Below are positions 1-9,560 of a stretch of 32,000 nucleotides of DNA, in pieces. The notes under the pieces are model-generated. The model was given only the letters and a program-made list of their open reading frames with translations. It was not told where the DNA came from and did no database searches. Numbering within the stretch: position 1 is the stretch's first letter; every line of letters starts with the position of its first letter. Source of the DNA: Candidatus Methylomirabilis oxygeniifera (GTDB lineage Bacteria > Methylomirabilota > Methylomirabilia > Methylomirabilales > Methylomirabilaceae); assembly GCA_000091165.1 (NCBI GenBank), contig FP565575.1:1860001-1892000 (forward strand), read 5' to 3'. The position numbers and the translations under genes are program-made.

Positions 1-118
1 ACGGCTCCACAATCGGCACCGGCAGCCCCGGTCCAGTCACGCGCCGTCTTCAGCAGTGCTACCGGACAGCCGTTCAAGGGGAGCCGGCGCAAGGCAGGCG
101 AAGCGTGAAGGACAAGGC

Positions 119-1066
119 GTGAAAACGGATTTACGCGTCACCGTTGCGGGCATTCGTATGCAGAACCCTGTGATGACCGCCTCCGGGACCTTCGGCTATG
201 CTCAGGAGTTCGAACCGTTCCTGGACCTCTCTCGTCTGGGCGCCATCGTCGTCAAGACCATCACGCGTGCGCCGCGGGCTGGGAATCCGCCGCCTCGCGT
301 CGTCGAGACCCCAGCCGGGATGCTCAACGCCATCGGTCTGCAGAATGTCGGCGTGCAGGCGTTCGTCGAGGAGAAACTCCCCTACCTCAGAACGTTGGGT
401 CCGCCTGTCATTGTGAATATCGCCGGCGAGTCGATCGAGGATTACGTTGAGCTGGCAAAGAGGCTCAGCGATCACGAAGGCATTAGCGGGTTCGAGCTAA
501 ACATCTCCTGTCCCAACGTGGCCGACGGCCTGATCTTCGGCTGCAATGCGGCGTTGGCTCATCAATTGGTCGCTAAAGTTCGACAGGCCACGCCCCTCCC
601 CCTTATTCCCAAACTGTCCCCGAACGTCACCGATGCGGTGGAGATTGCGCGGGCGCTGGCGGATGCCGGGGCCGACGCGCTTTCCCTCATTAACACGCTG
701 ATCGGTATGGCCATCGACGTGCGAACCCGGCGACCGAAGCTCGGCAACGTCACCGGCGGGCTCTCCGGTCCGGCCATCCGGCCTGTTGCGGTCCGAATGG
801 TATGGGAGGTGGCGCGCGCAGTGAAGCTCCCGCTCATCGGGATGGGCGGGATCATGACGGCCGACGACGCACTGGAGTTCCTGATCGCCGGCGCCACGGC
901 CGTCGCGGTCGGGACGGCGAACTTTACCTCGCCGAGCAGTACGGAACGAGTCATTGATGGGATCGAAGCGTATCTAATCGACCACAAGGTCAAACGTGTG
1001 ACCGATCTCATCGGCTCCCTGGATCTGACCGGCACCGCCCGCGAGGTCACTGAATGGTCACGTTGA
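119..1066 (+). CDS. pyrD: Dihydroorotate dehydrogenase, catalytic subunit (type 1B-like)
   Basis: ORF contains MQNPVMTASGTFGYAQEF, GLQNVG, ELNISCPN and IGMGGI motifs; likely GTG start at 119, in frame with the track ORF starting at 56. A frame ending at 108 may be the tail of an upstream gene. Confidence 0.93.
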   Translation: MKTDLRVTVAGIRMQNPVMTASGTFGYAQEFEPFLDLSRLGAIVVKTITRAPRAGNPPPRVVETPAGMLNAIGLQNVGVQAFVEEKLPYLRTLGPPVIVNIAGESIEDYVELAKRLSDHEGISGFELNISCPNVADGLIFGCNAALAHQLVAKVRQATPLPLIPKLSPNVTDAVEIARALADAGADALSLINTLIGMAIDVRTRRPKLGNVTGGLSGPAIRPVAVRMVWEVARAVKLPLIGMGGIMTADDALEFLIAGATAVAVGTANFTSPSSTERVIDGIEAYLIDHKVKRVTDLIGSLDLTGTAREVTEWSR

Positions 1067-1728
1067 GACCGGCAAAAGGCGATATTCGTACTGCCACCCC
1101 TGCCACCGCGAAAAAGATCCTCACCATTCTTGAGGAGACCTACCCCGATGCGCATGTGACGCTGGACTTCGAGAACCCGTTCCAATTGCTGATCGCCACG
1201 ATCCTGGCGGCCCAGTGTACCGACGAGCGGGTGAATCAGGTCACGAAGGGGCTGTTCGAACGGTATCCGACACCGAAGGCGTTTGCTGAGGCCGATCCGG
1301 TCGAGTTGGAGGAGGCGATCCGATCGACGGGATTTTACCGCAACAAGGCCAGGAGCATCATCGGCTGCTGCAAGAAACTGGTCGAGGAGTTCGGCGGTCA
1401 GGTGCCGCAGACCATGGAGGAGCTCATCACGCTGTCAGGCGTCTGGCGCAAAACCGCCAACATCGTCCTGGGCAATGCCCTGGGCATCACTGCCGGGATC
1501 GCGGTGGACACTCATGTCATACGGGTAGCCAACCGTCTGGGCCTGGCACAAAGCGACAAGCCGGATGAGATCGAGCAACAGCTCTGCCGGATCATCCCTA
1601 AGGAAAAGTGGATCCCCTTGACTCACCTGCTCGTCTTCCACGGTCGGCGCATCTGCATGGCCAGGAAACCAGATTGCCCCCGCTGCCCCGTCCGCCACCT
1701 CTGCCCCTGGCCCGACAAAACTCTCTAA
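1054..1728 (+). CDS. nth: Endonuclease III
   Basis: LIATILAAQCTDERVNQVTKGLFERYPTP, GVWRKTANIVLGNALG, VDTHVIRVANRLGL and a C-terminal C-x6-C-x2-C-x5-C cluster (CMARKPDCPRCPVRHLC). Overlaps the pyrD end by about 13 nt. Confidence 0.94.
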   Translation: MVTLRPAKGDIRTATPATAKKILTILEETYPDAHVTLDFENPFQLLIATILAAQCTDERVNQVTKGLFERYPTPKAFAEADPVELEEAIRSTGFYRNKARSIIGCCKKLVEEFGGQVPQTMEELITLSGVWRKTANIVLGNALGITAGIAVDTHVIRVANRLGLAQSDKPDEIEQQLCRIIPKEKWIPLTHLLVFHGRRICMARKPDCPRCPVRHLCPWPDKTL

Positions 1729-1826
1729 CCTCACGCAATAGCTCGGTTCGTTAGGTTAAGGTATATGCGCTATGATACTGGCAAGCAACATCAGATAGGA
1801 TAAAAGAAGATCGAGGGACTAACTCA

Positions 1827-2348
1827 ATGGTCGGCGAAATCGAAGCGATCCTGGATGCGCTGAATCGGGCCCGCGTGCGCTATCTGGTCGTGGGGGGTGT
1901 GGCAGTAGTACTGCACGGATACCTCCGGACCACGGCTGATCTCGACCTGGTCATCCAACTCGACCGGGACAATCTGCTAAGAGCGATTCGCGCCCTGCAG
2001 GGTCATCAATACCGTCCCAGGGCCCCCGTGTCTGCTGAGGATTTTGCCGAGCCCGTGATCCGCGAGCAGTGGATTCGGGACAAGGGGCTGGCGGTTTTTT
2101 CACTCTGGAGCCCGGCCCATCCTACCCTGGAGATCGACCTGTTCGTTGCTGAACCGTTTGACTTTGACACGGTCTACGCCCGCGCGCTGCGCGTCCCATT
2201 GGAGAAGGCGGACGCTACCATCATTGCCCTCGAAGACCTGATCGCCCTCAAGAAGGGCGTGGGTCGGCCCAGGGATCTGGAAGACATTGTCGCCCTGGAG
2301 TCGCTCGCAGAGCACGTGAAGGAAAGCCGGGAACCTCCCGATGGATAA
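1827..2348 (+). CDS. Nucleotidyltransferase-fold protein, AbiEii/MNT-like
   Basis: RVRYLVVGGVAVVLHGYLRTTADLDLVI matches the N-terminal nucleotidyltransferase signature (GG...H-G...T-x-D-x-D). Confidence 0.75.
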   Translation: MVGEIEAILDALNRARVRYLVVGGVAVVLHGYLRTTADLDLVIQLDRDNLLRAIRALQGHQYRPRAPVSAEDFAEPVIREQWIRDKGLAVFSLWSPAHPTLEIDLFVAEPFDFDTVYARALRVPLEKADATIIALEDLIALKKGVGRPRDLEDIVALESLAEHVKESREPPDG

Positions 2349-2538
2349 ACAACAGATCAAGGCCTCAAAGACGCCAGCGGTTCCGGACTGGGACTTCAAG
2401 GGACACCGTCGTCGACAGGCCAGGCTGGGCCTGCAGCTCAGTCCTGCCCAACGGTTGCGGTGGCTTGAGGACTCGATGGAGGCACTCAGAAAGCTCGTAG
2501 GCCGCGCCCGTCAGGGAAGACCTTTGGCCCCAGATTAG
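2341..2538 (+). CDS. Small protein partner of the nucleotidyltransferase
   Basis: Start overlaps the upstream stop (2341 vs 2348); contains LSPAQRLRWLEDSMEALRKLVGRAR, a short helical segment. Confidence 0.5.
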   Translation: MDKQQIKASKTPAVPDWDFKGHRRRQARLGLQLSPAQRLRWLEDSMEALRKLVGRARQGRPLAPD

Positions 2539-2994
2539 CAGTCCGTTGTCTCGCCGCGAGAATTCCTCGATCTGCTCCGCTGAGACTGCCTTGTAGAATT
2601 CAGCATCCGGCGCGACGGTAATAGGAGTGTTCCGGCTGGCCGCCCCCTCCACCAGTGACGATCGCACCCAGCCTTGTAAGCTCGTCATCATTTGCAGCCC
2701 GTGAAGCGTGGGTACATTGTGACCGTGTCGCTACTGGCGACCAAAGGATGCGCGGCAATCAGATACGCAGTGTCGTTGCAAACCGCAGGCGACACAATCC
2801 CTTCTGAAATTCTTCCCCTTCGCTTTATTCCGCGTCGTCATGACTATTCGAGTCTGATTATTTTATTTCATTCACTACAATAAGTTTCTATCTCTTATCC
2901 TATGTTTTGCTTTCTTCTTGACATCTTTTGTGTGAGGAGGATAGTAACAGTATAGTGTGTTCGTGGTATCTTTCTCTAGTAAGAGGATGGTCAT

Positions 2995-3110
2995 GTCGAC
3001 CGATGGATATTCGCCATTGAAGTCGACTACTGTTGGGCAAAAGGAATGTGTGCGGCCCTTCATGGCAGCCTGCGACGAGTGTAGTCGAGGTAGGTGAGCC
3101 CTGAAGGGTC
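2995..3110 (+). promoter_or_regulatory. Candidate structured 5' leader upstream of the CsgG-like gene
   Basis: Two potential hairpins: 2995-3006 with 3014-3019 plus 3022-3027 (GTCGACCGATGG / CCATTG-AA-GTCGAC), and 3054-3062 with 3102-3110 (GGCCCTTCA / TGAAGGGTC). Confidence 0.35.
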
Positions 3111-3169
3111 GTGGTGTTTCCAGGGGCGGGTGGGCAAACGTCTATCGGGGAGTCCATCAGGAGGAAGTC

Positions 3170-4207
3170 ATGGGAACGACAAAGCAGCCCGCGAGGTCGG
3201 CGGCGATCTTTATTCTTCTGATAACGTTGGCGGGGTGCGCCGGCACCGATGGCGCCTCTTCTCGGTCAGCCACACCGATAATCACGCCAGGTCCCGCTCT
3301 CGGCACACCAGGCGCAGGACTCGAGCATGGACTCCCCGGTCCTACGGGTCCCAAGAAGCGGATCACGGTCGCCAAATTCGATGCAGCCGGTGCCTTCATG
3401 GCCCACTATGGCGGCTGGGATATTGGTGGCGGCCTCGCGGCTCAACTGACCACCGCTCTGGTGAATTCTGGTCACTTCATCGTCGTCGAGCGGGCCGAAC
3501 TGACCCCCGTACTGCGTGAGCAGGATATGGCCATGCAGAAGATCGTCTCCCAAGAGACCGCCGCCCAGGTGGGCCGGGTGCTTGGCGCCCAGCTTCTCGT
3601 TGCAGGATCGGTGACCGAGTTCGATCAGGGGGCCGGCGGCGGGAGCTTGCATCTGGGGGTTGGGGCGGCTTCAGGGCTGCTGGGCGGTCTCATTGGAGCC
3701 CAAACTACCAGGGGTGTGGTCGGGATGGATGTGCGTGTCATCGATACTACCACGGGCCAAGTGGTGCAGTCGCACCGGGTCGAGGCGAACACATCGCAAA
3801 GCGGGATCTCGGCGGACATCAACGTGCAGCAGGTAACCTTCGGCGGCGATGCGTTCAACAAGACCGTGCTCGGACAGGCGACGCGGCGGGCCATCGAGCA
3901 GGCCGTGATGTTCGTCATCCAATCGACGGAACAGACGCCGTGGACCGGTCGTATTGTTGACGTGGCAGGCGACCAGGTGTACATCAACGCGGGTGCCGGT
4001 GCGGGCGTGAAGCCGGGCGACCGCTTCACCGTTGCGGCAGTCGTGCGGGAGCTCAGAGATCCCGAGTCAGGCGCTCTCTTGGGAATCGTGGAAAACAGGC
4101 GAGGCGAGATCGAAGTGGTCAGCGTCCAGGAAAAGTTCAGCGTGGCCAAGAGGCGTACGCCCTTTCAGGCTGCCCGGGGGGACCTTGTGAAGCTCCCTGG
4201 GCGCTGA
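3170..4207 (+). CDS. CsgG/HfaB-family lipoprotein (curli assembly-like)
   Basis: Lipobox LITLAGCAG near the N-terminus; RITVAKFDAAG, GGGLAAQLTTALVNSGHFIVVERAEL, GAQLLVAGSVTEFD, VDVRVIDTTTGQVVQSHRVE are CsgG-like. Confidence 0.8.
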   Translation: MGTTKQPARSAAIFILLITLAGCAGTDGASSRSATPIITPGPALGTPGAGLEHGLPGPTGPKKRITVAKFDAAGAFMAHYGGWDIGGGLAAQLTTALVNSGHFIVVERAELTPVLREQDMAMQKIVSQETAAQVGRVLGAQLLVAGSVTEFDQGAGGGSLHLGVGAASGLLGGLIGAQTTRGVVGMDVRVIDTTTGQVVQSHRVEANTSQSGISADINVQQVTFGGDAFNKTVLGQATRRAIEQAVMFVIQSTEQTPWTGRIVDVAGDQVYINAGAGAGVKPGDRFTVAAVVRELRDPESGALLGIVENRRGEIEVVSVQEKFSVAKRRTPFQAARGDLVKLPGR

Positions 4208-4248
4208 GTATTAAGAGTTTCGATGCTCCATAGAAAGGAGGTGATACC

Positions 4249-4596
4249 ATGAAGCGATGGCCGACTTTCACTCCGACGCTTACGATCCTGGTGGCCTTCA
4301 CGGAGTTGAGCGCTGCTCAGGAGAGGAAGGCCTGGGAGAAGCCAGTGGAGAAGCCGACACAAGGCAAGCTTCCTTTTGTCGGGAAGCAGCAGCTGATGAC
4401 CGGCAAGGTGACACAGGCAAATCCAACGACCAACACCTTTACCGTCATGGCTAAGGGCCAAATGGTCACCTTCAACGGTGCAAACCTGAACGCTCTCCCC
4501 AGGGTTGGGGAGATTATAGAGATCACCTACACCCAGACCTCCGGCGGGCCCATGCAAGCGACGACCATCAATAGCACGAAAAGCAACACTTTCTAA
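4249..4596 (+). CDS. Secreted hypothetical protein
   Basis: N-terminal signal-like segment, RBS-like aggaggtg before ATG 4249, short polar beta-rich body; co-directional with the CsgG-like gene. Confidence 0.6.
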   Translation: MKRWPTFTPTLTILVAFTELSAAQERKAWEKPVEKPTQGKLPFVGKQQLMTGKVTQANPTTNTFTVMAKGQMVTFNGANLNALPRVGEIIEITYTQTSGGPMQATTINSTKSNTF

Positions 4597-4623
4597 CCCC
4601 TCAACAAACAAGGAGGTGTCACC

Positions 4624-5553
4624 ATGAAGAAATTGCTCACGCTGGCTTTGGCTCTTGTAACCCTGGCGGTTTTCCCCAGTCTCGGCGTAGCGCAGGAGGA
4701 GAGGAGGATAGGTATGCCGCCGGTAGACGCCAAAAAGGATATCGCCGAAGTAAGTGCGGCTTCTCCAACATTCAAGGCTATACATGACCCTCTCGAGGGG
4801 AAACTTAAAGCCATAGAAGGCGTTCTCAGCGGTGTAGAACGCAGGAAAATAGTTGTAGAAGCGGATGTAGAACTGGGTAAACAGATGTACGAGTATGCGG
4901 AAGCTATGAAGGCTGCCTTTGATCAGGCAATGAAGGACGCAGAAGAGGCAGCAAAATCTCAGGGGAAGAAGGGAAGTGTAGGGTCGTTAAGGGTTTTCGA
5001 AGACACAGCGAAGGCTCACGAGAAGAGAGTGAAGGGCATAGAGACACAGACAAAGAGCATCGAAAGCGCGCTTAAGAAGGGGACTATCAAGTTAGATAAA
5101 CCAGTACTACTGAAGATGGAACCGGCAGAAAGGGAAGAGTTTAGGAAGTTTTTGGAACCTCCGGTAAGCAAAGAGTTGGAAAAAACGCATCCTGATATAT
5201 TCCACCATCCGAGAAGAGGAACTTCTCTTGATCTTAGCGGAGTGACTCAGGTGGCCGAGAACATTCAGGGATTTTGCAGCTCTCTGCCTGAGGAGGTGAG
5301 CAACTTCTTGGTGACCCCTGCTGAGGCATCGATTGCGATTCCCTGTATTGCTCCGTGTGCTAACGCTTTCTCGAACAAGAAGAACCCGAATTGGGCAGCA
5401 TGTTGGAGCTGCATAGCTTCTCAAGGACAGCAGGCAATAGTAGCATGGAATTCCTTTGTATCCGGTTGGAATGCATGCGGACAGTGTAAGAAAGTAGTGA
5501 CCTGGCCGTGTAAGGCTTTGCGCTTAGCAATATTCATTGCAAAACTTGCATAG
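4624..5553 (+). CDS. Secreted hypothetical protein with Cys-rich C-terminal domain
   Basis: Signal peptide MKKLLTLALALVTLAVFPSLGVAQ; helical middle; C-terminal ~95 aa with 8 Cys (FCSS...IPCIAPCANAF...WAACWSCIAS...NACGQCKKVVTWPCKAL). Start preceded by aggaggtgtcacc. Confidence 0.7.
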   Translation: MKKLLTLALALVTLAVFPSLGVAQEERRIGMPPVDAKKDIAEVSAASPTFKAIHDPLEGKLKAIEGVLSGVERRKIVVEADVELGKQMYEYAEAMKAAFDQAMKDAEEAAKSQGKKGSVGSLRVFEDTAKAHEKRVKGIETQTKSIESALKKGTIKLDKPVLLKMEPAEREEFRKFLEPPVSKELEKTHPDIFHHPRRGTSLDLSGVTQVAENIQGFCSSLPEEVSNFLVTPAEASIAIPCIAPCANAFSNKKNPNWAACWSCIASQGQQAIVAWNSFVSGWNACGQCKKVVTWPCKALRLAIFIAKLA

Positions 5554-5927
5554 CGGGTTGATCTTAATTTAACCTGAATCCGGCGTAATCCGGAATCTAT
5601 TATGTTGAATCATGAGTGTCCAATAAAATTTTTGGTGGTATAGAGGAAGTCGTTGAAACAACGTCATTATCTGAACGAATCGCTTCGGAACAATTTGAGT
5701 TTTGGAATGGGTCATAATCCCGGAATTAACCGGGAGGAGGCCCATAAGCTGCGCGTTTCGGTCCATCGTGAACGCTCGGATCGCTGGATCGTGAACACCG
5801 GGATCGGTGATCATGAACACCTAGACAATCCCCCGGAATTCGACGACCCTCGTCCCCACGAGTAGGCGCCGAACCGCGAGGCGACGCTGGATGGTCCAGC
5901 GCGCCACCCGCTTCAGGAAGGAGTGGG

Positions 5928-6590
5928 ATGGCGACCGAACGACTATCCATGTAACAAATCCGTGAGATTCTTCGCCAGAAGTGGACCCTGGGCTGGAGCC
6001 ACCGGCAGGTCACGACCAGTCTCGCCGTCAGTCTTGGGACGGTGACCGCTGTCCTCCGCCGGGCCACCCTTGCCGGGCTGAACTGGGCGCAGGTCCAGAC
6101 CCTGACCGATGACACCGTGGAGGCGCGGCTCTACGGCGCGCCGACCACCCCCGGAGCGACCCGCCCGCTCCCCGATTACGCCTACACCCATACCGAACGG
6201 CGCAAGCCCGGGGTCACGTTGGAGCTGCTCCACCTCGAATACCTCGAGCAGCATCCCACCGGCTACCGCTACACGCAGTTTTGCGAGCTGTACCGCCGGT
6301 GGCTGGCCGCCATCGCCTGACCATGCGCCAGAACCATCGCGCCGGGGAGAAGGTGTTCGTTGATTACGCCGGGCAGCACCCCACCCTCGTCGATCCCACC
6401 ACCGGGGCGGTGACCGAGGTCGAGCTCTTCGTCTGGGCTCTCGGGGCCAGATCCGCGACGTCCTCCGTCAGTACCTTGCATCCCACCGCTGGCAGCGACT
6501 GCGCCAATGGGGCGCCGAGACGGCGGAGCGCCTCTGGCTCAAGACCGAGGCGGATCTCCAGCGCCTGCTCGACGAGGTGCGGGCTGGTAT
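5928..6590 (+). pseudogene. IS21-family istA-like transposase remnant
   Basis: Translation MATERLSM*QIREILRQKWTLGWSHRQVTTSLAVSLGTVTAVLRRATLAGLNW... with in-frame TAA at 5952-5954, continues to 6320, then shifts frame to MRQNHRAGEKVFVDYAGQHPTLVDPTTGAVTEVELFVWALG and degrades. Confidence 0.8.
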
Positions 6591-6830
6591 GACATCGGAC
6601 TATATACTAAGGAAATGGCTGCTAACCTGGAACGGGCCGAACAATCCCTTGGCGCCGCTCAATTTCTCCCATCTCGATAGCCTTGCTGTTGTCTCTTCCG
6701 GTCATGATCATCCAGCGTCCGCTTTCCCGCTGAGGAAACACGCGGCTTTCATTCCATAAATAGGCTTGTATTTCTATCAATAAGCATCATAATGTCACTG
6801 TAATATAATATCAGTAACAATGGAGAGTGA

Positions 6831-8114
6831 ATGGAACTGCATAGCTTCAACCCATGGTGGCAGGACGGCAAGGTCCCCACAGAATTTATCGGAGAACGAA
6901 GAAAGATCTTCGATGAAGTGCTTCAATATCTGGATCAACGCCAGATCCTTCTTTTTACGGGCCTTCGAAGGGTCGGCAAGACGACGCTCATACACCAGAT
7001 CATCGACGCACTCCTCAGAAAGGGTGTCCACCCCTATCACATCTTCTACTTCTCCTTCGATGAGGCCAGATTCGGCCTTGAAGAGCTGATCGAACAATAT
7101 GAAGTCGAGGTCTTGAAAAAAGATCTTTCCGAAGAAAAGGTGTTCCTGTTCCTCGATGAAATTCAGAAGATGAGGGATTGGCCGTCAAAGGTGAAAATTC
7201 TTTACGATCTCAATCCGACATTGAAAATAGTCCTGACCGGTTCGGCCCAGATCGCTATGTGGAAGGGAACAAGGGAAAGTCTGGCGGGCAGATATTTCGA
7301 CTTCATGATTCAGCCCTTGAATTTTGAGGAGTACCTTGGCTTCAGAAAGGTTGAGATTGATACAAGCAGGGAGAAGATTTTTGAAAAGGACTTGAAGCGC
7401 TACATGGCGGGATTCCTACGAACAGGAGGGTTTATTGAGGCGCTCGATATGGATGAGCGTATGCTTTACAAATATATCAAGGAGAGCCTGCTCGAACGAG
7501 TGGTGTTTGTGGACATCCCCCAGACCTTTCCGCTCGATATGCCGGCGCTCCTGCTCAGACTCTTGACGATCACCACTTCAAGGCCCGGCTTTTATCTGGA
7601 TTATCGAAACCTCAGCAACGATCTGAAGATCGATCAGAGGACGATTGCCAATTATATATCGTATCTGGAATACGCGCTGTTTTTACAGAAACTCTACAAC
7701 TACTCCCGAAACCTGCTCACCAGCGAGAAAAAGGTGAAAAAACTCTACCCCTCCAACACCGCGTTCACCTTGGCGCTGAATCCTCAGGCAGCATTGCCCG
7801 TTATTCTGGAGCAGTTTTTTGTCAATGCGCTTGGCGCGAGATTCTTTTTGAAAACGCCTCAGAAGGAAGAGATTGATATTATCCATACCCGTAATGCTCA
7901 TCTCCTTCCGATTGAGATCAAGATAAAAGAACAGATAAGCAAAGAGGATACGAAGACCCTTTTTAAATTCATGGAAAGACAGCAACTTCACAGGGCATTA
8001 CTCATTACCCTTAACACAGACACGACCATCCAAAAAGAGCAATATGTCGTTGAGGCAATTCCCTATTGGAGGTATTGGAGCATCATGCGGCGAGTATCGG
8101 CTTTCGATCAGTAG
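6831..8114 (+). CDS. AAA ATPase with DUF4143-type C-terminus
   Basis: Walker A GLRRVGKTT, Walker B VFLFLDEIQKM, GSAQIAM motif, DUF4143-like tail with DQRTIANYISYLEYALFLQKLYNYS and VEAIPYW. Confidence 0.85.
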   Translation: MELHSFNPWWQDGKVPTEFIGERRKIFDEVLQYLDQRQILLFTGLRRVGKTTLIHQIIDALLRKGVHPYHIFYFSFDEARFGLEELIEQYEVEVLKKDLSEEKVFLFLDEIQKMRDWPSKVKILYDLNPTLKIVLTGSAQIAMWKGTRESLAGRYFDFMIQPLNFEEYLGFRKVEIDTSREKIFEKDLKRYMAGFLRTGGFIEALDMDERMLYKYIKESLLERVVFVDIPQTFPLDMPALLLRLLTITTSRPGFYLDYRNLSNDLKIDQRTIANYISYLEYALFLQKLYNYSRNLLTSEKKVKKLYPSNTAFTLALNPQAALPVILEQFFVNALGARFFLKTPQKEEIDIIHTRNAHLLPIEIKIKEQISKEDTKTLFKFMERQQLHRALLITLNTDTTIQKEQYVVEAIPYWRYWSIMRRVSAFDQ

Positions 8115-8190
8115 CAGCACGAGACCGGTGGCCACGAGCGCGCGGGCTGTTGCCCCATCGGTAGGCCGCGAGGACCAGCGAGCAAACTGA

Positions 8191-8481
8191 ATGAAACGAA
8201 AGAAAATACCCTACGGAAGTAAGTTACCTGTCAAACTCACCATTCGGGAACGCGACCTTATTCGCGATGAGACGTTCTGCCACCCCGATTTTGCGAAAGT
8301 TGCGGTTGTTGATGGCAAACGTGTTCGGGTTGATCTGTCTCTGGATGAAATCGAGGAGATTCAAGGTTTCGTAGCCGCTGAAGCTAACCACATGGAAAAC
8401 ACAAAACTCCAAAAGGAGCTTTACCGGCTTTTCGACAAACTGCAGGTTTTCCTGGACACTTACAATGATCAAGACGACTGA
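8191..8481 (+). CDS. Hypothetical small protein
   Basis: 96 aa ORF with ATG and charged, helix-prone composition; no recognised family. Confidence 0.45.
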   Translation: MKRKKIPYGSKLPVKLTIRERDLIRDETFCHPDFAKVAVVDGKRVRVDLSLDEIEEIQGFVAAEANHMENTKLQKELYRLFDKLQVFLDTYNDQDD

Positions 8482-8540
8482 CGCGGCAAACCCCGCACCT
8501 ACTGTATCTTTCGAGCGTAGATCTTCATGATCTCAGCGCG

Positions 8541-9560
8541 TTACCGCTTCCCCTGGTAGAACTCCTCGACGAGCGCGACGTCGGCGGCACTCCCGATGAC
8601 GACCGGCACGCGCTGGTGGCATTCCTTCGGCTCGATATCCAGAATCCGCTCGATGCCGGTGCTGGCCCGTCCTCCGGCCTGTTCGACGATATAGGCCATC
8701 GGCGCAACCTCATAGAGGAGCCGGAGCTTTCCGTTGGCATTCTTGCCGCCGCCGGCCTCGCCCGGGTACATAAATACTCCGCCTTCGAGTAGCGTACGGT
8801 GCATATCCGCGACCATCGACCCGACGTAGCGGAGCGAATACGGGCGGCCTGTCGCCTTATCCGGCGTATTCAGATAATCGACGGCCCGCTGTGTCGGCTC
8901 GATCCAACGATGGTAGTTCCCGCAATTGACGCTGTAGGTCTTGCCCCGTTGCGGAATCCGAATGTCGGGGTGTGTCAGCAGGTAGTCGTCCACCGTGTGA
9001 TCCCACGTGAAACCGTGTACGGATTGGCCGGCGGCATAGACAAACATCGTACTGGGGCCATACATAACGTAGCCGGCCGCCACCTGCTCGGTACCCTTCT
9101 GCACAATATCTATCGCGACGTGCTCCCGCCCATGACCGCGCCGGTGCCGCACCGAAAAGATGGTCCCCACCGTGCCGTTGATGTCGATGTTCGACGAGCC
9201 GTCAACCGGGTCGAAACAGACGACGTAGCTTCCGGGGAGGCAGTTCCGGTCGACGTGCAGCGGCGCCTCCATCTCTTCCGAAACCATCGTACAGACGAGC
9301 CCGGTCTCCTTCAACGCATCCAGAAACACCTCATTCGACCAGAGGTCGAGCTGGGCGACCTTCTCCCCCTGAACGTTAACCTCTCCGGTATACCCCAATC
9401 GGCCGTGCAGCGCCGCCCTGGTCACCTCCCGCGCCAGCAGCTTCGAGGCGGCGCCGATCTTGATGAGCAGCGCGCCAAGATCGCCTTCCAGCGGTGTCCG
9501 GTCGTCAAGCAGATGACGGGTCAGGGTCACGCCTTTGCTGATCATCGGATCTCCCATCAT
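8541..9560 (-). CDS. fbp: Fructose-1,6-bisphosphatase class 1
   Basis: CFDPVDGSSNIDINGTVGTIFSV, NCGNYHRW, RYVGSMVADMHRTLLEGGVFMYPG, LLYEVAPMAYIVEQAGG motifs. Confidence 0.95.
   Translation of the reverse strand: MMGDPMISKGVTLTRHLLDDRTPLEGDLGALLIKIGAASKLLAREVTRAALHGRLGYTGEVNVQGEKVAQLDLWSNEVFLDALKETGLVCTMVSEEMEAPLHVDRNCLPGSYVVCFDPVDGSSNIDINGTVGTIFSVRHRRGHGREHVAIDIVQKGTEQVAAGYVMYGPSTMFVYAAGQSVHGFTWDHTVDDYLLTHPDIRIPQRGKTYSVNCGNYHRWIEPTQRAVDYLNTPDKATGRPYSLRYVGSMVADMHRTLLEGGVFMYPGEAGGGKNANGKLRLLYEVAPMAYIVEQAGGRASTGIERILDIEPKECHQRVPVVIGSAADVALVEEFYQGKR

Noticed and set aside
1726-1763. CTAAC...GTTAGGT inverted pair after nth, considered as an attC-like site
   Set aside because: Too short, without L-box pairing or internal stem; upstream gene is ordinary housekeeping.
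5653-5865. 70 aa ORF between the Cys-rich gene and the istA remnant
   Set aside because: No family resemblance and competing antisense ORF; insufficient support as a gene.
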